Positions 19,901-30,800 of a stretch of 64,000 nt of DNA are shown here, piece after piece. Each line of letters opens with the position of its first letter. The first letter of the stretch is position 1. This DNA comes from Thermoleophilia bacterium (lineage in GTDB: Bacteria; Actinomycetota; Thermoleophilia; Gaiellales; SKUG01). The stretch lies in NCBI GenBank assembly GCA_025964435.1, contig JAOPYV010000167.1:1419-65418 (forward strand), given 5' to 3'. The notes below the pieces were generated by a model. That model searched no databases, was not told the origin of the DNA, and was given only the letters and a program-made list of their open reading frames with translations. Both the position numbers and the translations under genes were made by a program.

Positions 19901-20050
19901 CTCCTCGTCGCGACGCTCCCGACACTCGTCATCGTCCCGGCCTTCTACCGGTTGTTCGACCGCGACCACGACCTCACCGACGAGGACATCCACCCCCGCG
20001 ATGTCCGCCCTGTCCCACCTACGGAGCACGTCCATGCACCCCTCGTCTGA
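16979..20050 (+). CDS. RND efflux permease (AcrB/HAE type, 1023 aa)
   Basis: Length and 12-TM topology with two large extracytoplasmic loops. AcrB-like N-terminus (RRPVVILATALVLLGG...FPDFDFP). Confidence 0.93.
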   Translation: MRSLVRWCLDRRPVVILATALVLLGGVLGATQLRQQLFPDFDFPLAIATIEAPGLDATSLDSDVAQPIERAVEPLEEVVGVSTVASDGLLRLYIELAYGSESDAAEDAIAKQIDDLDLPAGIDGATFAGGFQEQAVVIATITPKDGDLAGASDEAAELRRDLEATEGVGRVDLAGGSDPRLQVTLTGAALARGVTAQQVATTIEAAQTRTNAGVLRDAAGIPTGVVLEGPAIGDVAGLRALAIPGVGTVGSVAEIREVDAADAGFATANGVPALSLSVFRETGKDEVATVDGTLEVLDAAEKSFGAGSVDVLYETASDIRGSIRGLILEGTLGAFFAVVVIFLFLRSIRGTLVAAISIPTSIVFGILVAWLLGLTINVITLAGLTIAVGRVIDDGIVVLENIHKHLERGVPRRQAMIDGTGEVATAIASSSIATAAVFLPIGLVGGLISEIFLSFSIIVTAALLASLLVAVTIIPVVGAYVLRPSDTPHDPETDRLSELVVPATRFGIKWRWIVIPTAFLTMIGVFIAVAMGAVPTQFLPDDGRNQLYGTAQLAPGTTAAEARTQLKPLEERFAEVDGLEDLQLTYGIASGNAAFDPTVSSSTAEYFFSIKEGSKQDADEVETALRAFGEREYELGFGVQRISNGPPSGTFQVNIDGEDQAKIAAAAQQITDEVLEPNATNWGLVEIEAQAAQAIPQLVIRRRADADITPEALQAALAGISGTVPAGTSGDVPITVAADSSLAADPAALRALPVATSDGRELRLGDVATFERVESPAFVNRVEGELSGSITARLTKEDTAGTNKDIRAAVEKLDLAGVELDWEQGDQEFTNQMFADMGLAMAVAIVLVFFVLVLFFGSIAQPFTILAPIMFSFIGSFGALIVTGRPLGLPAMIGQLLLIGIIVSNSILLVDATIRLRRAGVRRDEAIIRAARLRVRPVLMTASATIAALLPLSLGISGEGGIISQSLGTVVIGGLLVATLPTLVIVPAFYRLFDRDHDLTDEDIHPRDVRPVPPTEHVHAPLV

Positions 20051-20753
20051 CGCCAGATCCCACCGCTCGAAGCGCCGTCGCCTCGTTCCCGCCCTGCTCC
20101 TGCTCGCGTGCGCGCTGCCGATCGCTGGCTGCGCGGAGGATTCGCCGGCGGCCAACTCGGGACCGGTCAAGGTCCGTGCCGTGACGGACCCCGCGACGAG
20201 CACGAAGCTCGCCGAGGAGCTGGGCGCGACGGCCACCACCCTCACCGATGCCGGCTGCGTGTTCGGCAAGTACGACGAGGAGGAGGCGAACCACGTCGAC
20301 AGCGACGACCAGCTCAAGTGGAAGTCCTTCCCGCCGACCTCCGGCAACCACTTCGAGGCCTGGGCCCCGTGGGGTGAGTACGAGGCGGAGGTGCCGGATG
20401 GCAACACCGTCCACAACCTGGAGCACGGCGGCGTCGTCGTCTGGTTCGGCACCAAGGTCCAGGACGAGACCCGGTCCGCCGTCGCGGACCTGCTCAAGGA
20501 CGGCGACAAGTGGCTGCTGGCCCCGCGACGCGACATCGAAGGCCTCTTCTCGGGCGCGTGGGGCGTCGGCCTCTCCTGCCCGCCGGAAGCGCTGACCGAG
20601 CTCGGTCCCGACGGCACCGCCGACGTGCTGGACACGTGGTACGACACCGTCAACAGCACGGGCTCCGAGGCGGAGAAGGACCTGCCCGCCTACCCCGGCC
20701 CGATGAAGGAGCCGACCCCCAAGCGGGACATCTCCGTGGAGGCTCCCTTCTGA
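20034..20753 (+). CDS. DUF3105-family lipoprotein
   Basis: Lipobox LLLACALPIAGC. DUF3105-like core PPTSGNHF...HNLEHGGVVVWF. GGAG lies 8 nt upstream of ATG 20034. Confidence 0.8.
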   Translation: MHPSSDARSHRSKRRRLVPALLLLACALPIAGCAEDSPAANSGPVKVRAVTDPATSTKLAEELGATATTLTDAGCVFGKYDEEEANHVDSDDQLKWKSFPPTSGNHFEAWAPWGEYEAEVPDGNTVHNLEHGGVVVWFGTKVQDETRSAVADLLKDGDKWLLAPRRDIEGLFSGAWGVGLSCPPEALTELGPDGTADVLDTWYDTVNSTGSEAEKDLPAYPGPMKEPTPKRDISVEAPF

Positions 20754-21694
20754 TGGCGACTGCACAGTTCGGACGTGAGACCGGGAGCGACGGCTCCTGG
20801 AAGCGACAGCAGAGCGCCTTCCGTGACGGAGTGCGTGCCGACGGCTCGACGGGCTTCGCACCTGCCGCGGGGCGCTACCACCTCTACGTCTGCGCGGCCT
20901 GCCCCTGGGCGCATCGCGCGATCATCGTGCGCAAGCTCAAGGGGCTCGAAGATGCCATCGCGATGACCGTCGTCGACCCGCTCCGCGACGAGCACGGCTG
21001 GCGCTTCGGCCATGACGACGCCGAGACCGGCGATCGCGATCCGCTCCACGGCTGGACCTACCTCGCCGAGGCCTACCAGGCGAGCGACCCGACGTTCGAG
21101 GGTCGCGTGACGGTGCCGACGCTCTGGGACACGCAGACGGGCCGGATCGTCAACAACGAGTCGAGCGACGTCATTCGCATCCTGGGCTCCGAGTTCGATG
21201 AGTTCGCGACGAATCCCGAGCTCGACCTGTACCCCGCAGACCTGCGCGCGGAGATCGATGCCGTCAACGAGTGGGTCTACGCCGATATCAACAACGTCGT
21301 CTACCGCTGCGGCTTCGCCGTGACCCAGGAGGCCTACGACGACGCCTTCGACCGGCTCTTCGCTGGTCTCGACCGGGTCGAGGAGCTGCTGGGAACGCAG
21401 CGGTACCTGGCAGGCGATCGCATCACCGAGGCCGACTGGCGCCTGTTCACCACGCTCGTCCGCTTCGATGCCGTCTACGTCGGCCACTTCAAGTGCAACC
21501 TGCGGCGCATCGTCGACTACCCGAACACGTGGGCGTACGCGCGCGAGCTCTTCCAGGTCCCCGGCGTGGCGGAGACGGTCAACTTCGACCACATCAAGCG
21601 CCACTACTACGTCACGCATGACCAGATCAACCCGACCGGGATCGTGCCCAAGGGCCCCGCCATGGACTGGTCGACCCCGCACGGCCGTGGCTAG
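20753..21694 (+). CDS. yqjG: Glutathionyl-hydroquinone reductase (Xi/omega-like GST, YqjG/ECM4 type)
   Basis: CPWAHR active-site motif. GST C-terminal fold. TGATG overlap with the upstream gene. The first 81 codons of the track ORF are a spurious extension. Confidence 0.9.
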   Translation: MATAQFGRETGSDGSWKRQQSAFRDGVRADGSTGFAPAAGRYHLYVCAACPWAHRAIIVRKLKGLEDAIAMTVVDPLRDEHGWRFGHDDAETGDRDPLHGWTYLAEAYQASDPTFEGRVTVPTLWDTQTGRIVNNESSDVIRILGSEFDEFATNPELDLYPADLRAEIDAVNEWVYADINNVVYRCGFAVTQEAYDDAFDRLFAGLDRVEELLGTQRYLAGDRITEADWRLFTTLVRFDAVYVGHFKCNLRRIVDYPNTWAYARELFQVPGVAETVNFDHIKRHYYVTHDQINPTGIVPKGPAMDWSTPHGRG

Positions 21695-21764
21695 AGGACG
21701 TGGCCACGACCTGGGGCGTCGCTCACCTGCAGCACATCCAATGCACACATGCGACTCAGGAATT

Positions 21765-21774
21765 TTCGTACGAA
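21765..21774. promoter_or_regulatory. Perfect 10-bp palindrome TTCGTACGAA in the A/T-enriched leader of the giant gene
   Basis: Read directly from the sequence, ~40 nt upstream of ATG 21812. Confidence 0.3.
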
Positions 21775-21811
21775 CTCCGATGAAACTTCGGTGAGGATGA
21801 TCAGGGGAAGC

Positions 21812-24800
21812 ATGCGACACCGTCGTTCGACGGGTCGATGGGTGATGGGTGCCATTGGCGCTGCGCTCATGCTGCTCCTGATTTCCATCCCCGTCCTCGC
21901 CAACGGTGCCGGTTCCAAGGCGAAGCCCGCGAGCCCTGCCAAGGCCACGAAGCCCGCTGCGTGCAGCACGAAGTCGGCTGCCTATCGCGCCGCGAAGCCG
22001 GTGAAGCGTGGCTCGAAGGCCAAGCCCGTCAAGCCGCCGCGCGTCTGCCGCACGCCGCTGCCGCCGTCCGCGAAGTTCCTGCCCTCCTTCGTGCCGAGCA
22101 CCGTCGCCGCCGAGCTCGGCAAGCGCGAGAAGAACGGTGGCCAGCATGGCTGGGCCAAGCTCGGCGCGTCGCTCGGCTCGACCTCTTCCTTCACCGGTCC
22201 CAAGGGCAAGGTCGGCGTTCGACTGCTCGGCGCGCCGAGCGCGACCCGCACGGACTTCGAGAACGGCGCCGCCTACGTCACGAAGTCCTACACCGCGGTG
22301 CAGGTCTTCGAGGGCACCTCATTCAAGGAATCGATCGTCGTTCCCAAGCGGCTCGGCGCCCGCAACTGGAGCTGGAAGCTGACGCTCCCGAAGGGCCGCG
22401 TGCCCACGGTGCTGGCCAACGGCGGCGTCGACCTCGGCGTCGGCCTGTTCATCCCCGCCCCGGTCATCACCCGTGCCGACGGAACGACGATCAAGACGGG
22501 CTCGGCCTGGGCCGTGCGGGCGGACGGAACGCTGACGCTCCGCCTCAACGACAAGTCCTTCCCGACGCCGTACATCATCGATCCCGGCGTCGTGCCGGAG
22601 GTCGCCTTCACCGGCTTCTCCGGCGTGTCGGCCAACACCTACATCGATCCGGCGTACGCGTTGACCCGGATCTACTACAACGCCAGCCAGAGCGGCACCT
22701 TCACCGCCAACGCAGCGGTCCACGATCCCGACACGGCCACCCCCGTCGACGTCTGCTACCCGGCCTACGGTGCCGGCTGGACCTCCGATGGCGGCTGCGT
22801 CCCGGGCTCGGCCGGTGTCCCCCAGGGCGGCATCCTCGCCACGTACTACTCGGGAAGCACGAGCGGGTCGACCTACCCGGGCAGCGCCTTCACGACCAAC
22901 AACAACGGCGCCAACTGCGCCAACAACTCGGCGGGGGCCGTTGGTCCGTTCAGCCGCATCGAGCAGGGCATCAACTCCTACTCGAACTGGGGCACCGCTG
23001 GCGTCAACGACGACGCGCCGTATGCCGAGCTCTGCGCAGACAGCTTCTCGGGCAGGTGGCGTGGCGCGATCCGGACCGGTGCGACTGGCGGCATGCACCT
23101 GTTCGGCGCGATCTCCGACGATGGCATCCGCGTGACGATCAATGGCACGAGGATCCTGTCTGAGTGGAGCGAGCACACGCCTGCGTGGCACACCTCCTGC
23201 CCGATCACGCTGACAGCCAATACGACGTATCCGATCGAAGTCGAGTACTTCGAGAACAACAGCTCGAATCGCGCGCAGCTCCGATGGTGGACCCTTGGTT
23301 CCGGCAACGGCCCCGGTGGCACGGCCAACTGCCTGAATCCGGGTGACCCGATTCGCACGTGGATCCGGACCACGGCGGCTGGTTCCACCCCGTGGGCCCC
23401 GATCAACGAGACCGGCGTCAACGCGACGAATGGTACTGCTCCGACCAACTGGCCCATCATCCCGGCGGGGTCGACGACCACCCCCGGCCTGCACATGCCG
23501 TCCAACACGTTCGCACGAACGTACAGCTGGACTCCGACCGCGGCGGCGCCGAGCCCTGTGACACAGAACATCGTCGCCCGTGACGAGGACCCGGATCCCG
23601 ATCCGGGCACGACACCATTCACGGCCATCGCCGATGGCGTGGGTCCGACCGGCGGCACGATCTCGATCAGCGCGCCGCTGAACGGTGGTACGTACGCGGC
23701 CACGACGGGCGTCACGCTGAACTTCAATGCGAACGGCACGACGGACGGGACACCGGGGCTCGTGTCCGGCATGAAGCCCCAGAACGGCGAGATCCACCGA
23801 CAGGAGACGACCTACGCCAATGGTGCCTGTGGGGCATGGCCGACCACGTGGACGATCGGACCCGGCGTGACGAGCGCCGGCTCATCCATCGCGCCGACCG
23901 CGAACGTCTCGAACGATGCGACGCGTGTCGGTGGGCTCAGCAATGGCAAGTGCTATCGCTGGGCCGTCTCGTTCGAGGACAACGTCAGCAACTGGGGCGC
24001 CTCGACGCCGACGCCCGCGCTCATGATCGACACCGTCGCCCCGCCCGTGGCACCGGTCACCTTCACGGAGGTGACCAACCCTGCATGGATGCACGTCAGC
24101 GGCTCGACCCTCTACTACAACGGCAACACCGGCAACACGGGCACCTTCACCGTGGACGTCGCTGCCTCCGATCCAGTCTCCGGCGTCGAGAGCGTGACCT
24201 ACCCCGGATTCGCGACCTGGCCGACAGGCACGGCGGCAGCGGCTGACGCCGTGGCGCCGTACAGCCGGACCTACGGCTGGAATGACGCGTCGAGCGAGCC
24301 CGGTACCGGACTCAAGACCGTCGTTCAAGATGTTGCCACCAATGTCAGGGACAGCAACCTGTTCTCCGTCGTGCGTGACGTGACCGCCCCAGCAGCGGCG
24401 ACGATCACGTACACCAACGGCATGTACGGCTCGTCGTCCCACACTGTCGGCTTCAATCGCGGCAACGACGGCACCGGCTCGGGCCTGGCCACGTGGCACG
24501 TCGAGCGGCGGTCGACCCCGATGGTGGCCGGCGGCGTCTGCGACCCGTACAGCACCCCGTGGGCGCTCGATGGCGTCGTGGACCCAACCGGTACCAGCTA
24601 CGTCTCGACGGGCATGGTTGCCGGCAACTGCTACCAGTGGCAGGTCGTGTCCACCGACAACGTCGGCAACGTGACCACCGTCGCGAGCGCCAACGAGCTG
24701 AAGTACGACGATGTCGCGCCGGCTGCGTCCTTCGCTGGCATCGTCGGCGTGACCGGCAACGCCTGGCGTCAGCCGCTGACGAACACCATCTGGTTCAATA

Positions 24801-27800
24801 ACTCCACTGCCGGCGGATTCCGAGCCCAGGTCGTCGCCACGGATTCGCTCGGGGTCTCGGGCGTGAACTTCCCGGCCACCGGCGCTGCCGGCTGGGCAGG
24901 CCCAACTCCGACCTTCGATGCCACCGGCGTCGCGAACGTCTTCGAGAGCGCGCCGTACACCTGGGCCGCCGGAGCGGCTGACCCCGCCACCATCACGTCG
25001 GTCGCAACCGATGCCGCTGGCAACGCCGCGAACGTCACCTGGGACATCAACCTGGATACGACGGCACCCGCCGGCGGCACGCTGACGCTGCCGTCGCCGA
25101 TCCAGCAGTCGCTCACCATCCCGATCACGATCACCGTTCCCACCGACGCCGGATCCGGAATTGCCACATGGATCGTGGAGATGCAGTCCGGCACGCTCAG
25201 CAATGGCGCCTGCTCCGCGTACGGCGGCTACACGACCGTGCAGTCCGGAACCGGCACTCCGCCGACCTCGCTGAACATGGTCGTGGCGGGGTCCGGCTGC
25301 TACCTCGCGCGGCTCGTCACGACGGACAACGTCGGCAACGTCAACCCGGCGGGAGCAGCCTCCCCGACGCCAGCACGCGTCGACCAGTCCGCTCCCACGG
25401 TCGCCGTCACCGGCCCACCGGACAACTCCGCGCAGGGCGGCACCTTCACCATCTCCGGCACGGGCTCTGAGCCGCACTCTGCGCTCACCAACGTGTCGGT
25501 CACCTACACGGGTGCATCGACGGGCACCGCCTGCGCCAGCGCCACGCTGACGCCCGGCGCCCCGGGTGCATGGACCTGGACCTGCGCGTGGACCACGCCA
25601 CCCACCGATGGCATCTACACGCTGACGGTGACCGGAACCGACTCCGCCGGCAACGCGAGCACCGCGACGTGGCACTACCTCATCGACAACGTCGCACCGC
25701 TCGCGTCATTCACCTCGTGGACCGAGACATCGGCGTACCTGCACGCTCCGGGCGGTGCCGACAGCGACCTGCTCTGGTACAACCCGAGCGCTCCCGCCGC
25801 GGGCTCCGGCACGGTCACGGCGACGGTCACGGCGACTGACGCCGGCGCCGGCATGGACCGGGTCGACTTCCCCGGTCTGGGTGCTGCCGGCTGGTCGGGC
25901 AGCGGCTCGGACACCACCGTCGCGGCAGGCGACCTGTGGAGCTGGAACTACGCCTTCACCGGCGGTGGCGCAATCGGCAACCCGGCGCCGAACAACGCCG
26001 TCGCACGCGACCTTGCCGGCGCAACCACGGGCTCGCCCGCGCTCGACTTCCGGATCGAGCCGGATTCGACGCCGCCGGTCGGCTCGACGCACAGCGCATT
26101 CGGCGGGTTGCAGAGCGCCACCACGCTCACCTCGACGCTGGCGGTCGGCACGGACGCAGCATCCGGCGTCGCGCGCTACGCCTTCGAGCTCAACTTCGCT
26201 CCGCTCGAAGACGGCGTCTGCGGCGCGTGGGATGGCTGGGCACCAGGAGGCGGCAGCTACGCGAGCACGGCCAACGACGGTGACGTCATCACGTTCACGC
26301 ACACCATCAACGACCCCAACGGCGACGGCATTCCCGACTGGCGGGATTCGTTCTGCATGCAGGCGCGGGTCAACGTCTTCGACAACGTCGGGAACGTCGT
26401 CCAGGTCCCGCCGAACGGCATCGTCCGGATCGACCTGGCGGACCCGACGGTGGCCATCACGACGCCGGCGAGCGGCACGTCCCAGAGCGGCACCTTCAAC
26501 GTCGCCGGCACGGCGGACGACGACTACGTCGGCACCGCGCCGGAGTACCCGCTCACGGGCAGCGGCATCGATTACGTCACGGTCACGTACAGCGGACCCG
26601 CGACGGGCACGATCTGCGCGACCGCGCCAGTGACCGGACCCTGGACGGGCCATGGCTGGTCCTGCCCATGGGTGACCAGCGCACTCCCCGACGGCCTCTA
26701 CACCGTGACGGCCCGATCCCGCGACCGATCCGGCCGGCTGAGCACGATCAGCACGTCGACCTACACGCTCGACAACCAGGCGCCGATCATCAACTTCCAC
26801 TCGTGGCTCGAGGGTCTGGGCGGCGGGCAGATGCACGCAGTCGGCAACGTCGCCTGGATCAACCCGAGCGCACCTGCCGCGTCGTACGAGCTCGATGCGC
26901 GCGTGACGGCGACCGACGCCGGCAGCGGCGTGGCCAGCGTCAGCTTCCCGGCCTTCGGCGCCGGCTGGACGCCCAGCACGGCGGGGAACGCCACGCTGAC
27001 CTCACCCCTCCCCGTCGCCAACGCCTACACGCGCCCCTTCACCTTCAGCTCCGGCGGCAGCCTTGCAACTCCCGGGTCGCTCGTCGCCACGGCGACGGAC
27101 GGCGCGGGAAACACGGCGACGACGCCGTTCGAGGTGCGCTTCGACGGCGCCGCTCCGACCGGCGCGGCCACCAGCGTCGTGTCGGGCCTGCAGAACACGG
27201 CATCCGTCGCCGTGACCATCTCGCCCGGCGTCGAGGGCGCGCTGGAGTCCGGCCTCGCCACGTGGATGCTGCAGTACGACATGGCGCCGCTGGCCAATGA
27301 CACCTGTGGCGCGTTCGCCAACAGCTGGGGCGTCGTCGCCAACGGCGTCGGTATCGCTCCCGCGGCAATCAACCACGACGTGACGCTCCTCGGGAGTCAG
27401 TGCTACCGCTACCGCCTGCGCGTCGTGGACAACGTCGGGAATGGCGTCGACAGCGCCCCCTCGACCAACGCGCGGCGCGTCGACCTCGTCGCACCGACGG
27501 TGGCCACGCTGAACCCGGTCTCCGGCAGCGCGCACAGCGGCACCTTCACGGTCAGTGGCACGGCCACCGATGCGCACAGCGGCATCGACCACGTCCGGCT
27601 CACTTACCTGGGTGGCGGCGGCGGAACGATCTGCGATCCGGCAACCCTCGCCGGCACGTCGCCGAATTGGACCTTCAGCTGCAGCTGGAACACGTCCGCG
27701 CTCCCCGATGGCCCCTACACGATCCGCGCCGTCTCCTTCGACCGCGCCGGCACTCCGAGCGCACCGGTCGACATCGTCGTGAACCTCGACAACCAGCCAC

Positions 27801-30800
27801 CGTTCATCGGCTTCTACTCCTTCACCGAAACGAGCCCCTACACGCACTGGGCGGGACCTGTCGGCACCAACCAGCAGATCTGGTTCAACCCGGGCGCGCC
27901 CGCGGGCAGCCACTCCTTCGACGTCAATGTCACCGCCACCGACCTGGGCAGCGGCGTCGACCGCGTCGAGTTCGATGGTGCGGGCACCGGCTGGACCCCG
28001 GGGGCCGTCGTCGCCAGCGACGCCAGCTCGGCAGCGACGCCCGTGGCGGACAGCTACACGGCGACCTACACCTTCGACACGACGGTGCCCGGTCTCGTGG
28101 ATCCACCCACGCTCAAGGCGACGGCGTTCGATCCTGCCGGCAATCCCGGCGTCTCGACCTTCGAGGTCGTGGCTGACACCACCGCCCCGACCGCAGGATC
28201 CATCGGCTACTCCAACGGCTTCGTGCCGAGCACGAACGTCTCGGTCAGCATCGACACGGGCGGCGACGGCGCTGGATCCGGCATCAAGTCCTGGCAGCTC
28301 CTGCGCAGCGACGGCACCCTCTCCGCGTCGAGCTGCATCGGCTGGGGAGCGTTCACCACCTCGGTGGCGACCGGCACCGGCGCCTACGTGGGCTCGCAGT
28401 CCGACACGGTCACCGATCCCGGCTGCTTCCGCTACGAGCTCCGCGTGTGGGACAACGTCCACAACCTCGTGACGTGGACATCCCCCAACGAGATCATGGT
28501 GGACCTCGCGCCCCCGACCGGCACGATCGTCCTGGCACCCGCGACCTCACCCGCGAACCAGTACCTGGCAACGCCGACACGGCTGTACGTGAACACGAGC
28601 GCGGGCCACTCCGGCACCTTCACCGCCTCGGTCAACGCGAGCGCCGCCTCCGGCGTGCTCGACGTGAACTTCCCCGCACTGGCCGCCGGCTTCAGCGGTG
28701 ATGGCACGATGCCCGGACCCGGCCCGAACTTCGTACGTACCTACACCTGGGTCGCGGGCGCCAGCAACCCGCCTGCCGGCACCGTGGCCACCGTACAGTC
28801 CAACAGCCTCGGCTCCACGGGCCTGCCGTTCGACGTCGTCGCGGATCCGACGGCCCCGAGTGGCGGCACGACGACGTACACGAGCGGCTTCACCGCTGCG
28901 ACGACGGCGTCGATCAGCTACACGATCGGCACCGATGCCGGCGCCGGCATCGCAGGACACCAGCTCCAGCGCGAGGCAGGCACGCTCGCCGCAGGCGTCT
29001 GCACGTGGTCCAACACCTGGACGAACGCCGGTGCCGCGAATGGTCCGCTGACCTACAACGACCCCGTGCTGGCCCATGCGAGCTGCTACCGCTATCGCGT
29101 CGAGGTCACCGACCGCGTCGGCAACGTCGGCACCACCACGCCCGGCCTGCCGATCATGGTCGACACGACCGCCCCGACCGGTGCGACGCTGGTCTTCGTC
29201 GAGGATGCCACCGACTTCGCCTCGACGCACGTGCCGAGCGGATCCACGATCTACTACCGCAACGGTGCGGGCACGGTCGGCTCGCCCGAGAACTTCTGGA
29301 TGGAAGTGCGCGCGATCGACGCCGAATCCGGCACCGGCACCGTCAGCTTCCCCGTCCTCGCGGGCAACTGGTCCGCCAGCGCCGCCACGCCGGTCGCCGG
29401 CGGCTCGCGCGTCTCGTACGGACGCTGGACGACTGCGCTCGAGCCGGGTGTCGTCACGGCGATCGTGCCGAACGGCTCCGGCCTGACCACGACCATCACC
29501 GGCAACATCCTCGCGGACACGAGCGTCTCCAGCGCTGCCAACTGGTCGATCGACTACACCCACGGCTTCAACACGTCGACGAGCATCGTCGTCAACTGGG
29601 TCGATGACCTGACCGACGACCGCAGCGGCTTCGCCACGACGACGCTCCATCGCCGCGCCTATCCCTTCAACGTCGGCACCACCCTCTGTGACCAGTCGGG
29701 CTTCACCGACAGCTCGCTCGGCCTCGTGACGGGCACGACGCTCACGGATGCGTCGCTCGTGCGCCCCACGTGCTACCGCTACTGGCTGGCGATCACCGAC
29801 AACGTCGGCAACACCGCCGCGATCCATCCGACGACCGGCGGCACGACCCCGCCCCTGTTCGACACGGCGTGGCCGACCTGGGATTGGAAGACGACCGCTG
29901 CGGTCGACGACATCTACCCGCCCGCTGCCTTCGCCCTGACCCTGCCGACCAACCCGGTGCTGCCCGTGATCACCACGGCAGCAGCTGCCCCGTCGTGTGA
30001 GACCGTGCCGACCTTCGGCAGCTCGACGCCCGGTTTCGGCTGGAGCGCCTCGAGCGACGCGCAGTCCGGCCTTGATCGCTACGACGTGTACGTCGACGGC
30101 ACCGGCACGGTCGATGCTGCGGTCGCCGCCCCCGGAACGAGCTGGACGCCACCGGTGCTGGGCGACGGCGCCCACACGCTGGGCGTGCGAGCACTCGACG
30201 TGCAGGGCAACTTCACGAACGCCGGGCCGGCCTTCCCCGCCAACATCCGGATCGACGCGGCGGCACCGACGGCGACGCTGTCGACCCCTGCCAACGGCGG
30301 CTGGACGAGCGACACGACACCGACCCTGACGTGGTCGGCGGCCGACGCGAACTGCCTCGCCCGCGTGGAGGTCTACGTCGACAACCTCGTCACGCCCGTC
30401 GCGATCGCCAGCGGCAGCGAGACGTCGTGGACGCCGACCGGCGCGCTCGCCGAGGGCCTGCACAGCTGGCGCGTCGAGGCTGTCGATGCCTTCGGTCGAC
30501 GCACGAGCTCGCCCACCTCCAGCTTCGGCGTCGACACGATCGCCCCCGCTGCCTTCACGCTGGTCGCGCCGACCGCGGGCACCACGGTGCGCGGATTCAT
30601 CGACGTCACCTGGACCGCGTCGAGCGACGGTGGCAGCGGGCTGTCGGGCACCTCCGCATACCAGGTGCTCATCGACGGCATCGTGCGCACGACCGTGGGC
30701 TCCGCCATCACCACCGCGAACATCGCCGGCATCACCAGCGGCATCCATTCGGTCGAGGTGCGAGCGGTCGACCTCGTCGGCAACGCGACCCTGACCGCGA

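Noticed and set aside
20510-20752. The N-terminal 81-codon extension of the YqjG-type GST in the track ORF
   Set aside because: It overlaps the well-supported DUF3105 gene in another frame and is Arg-rich. A canonical TGATG junction at 20751-20755 gives the conserved N-terminus MATAQFGRE.
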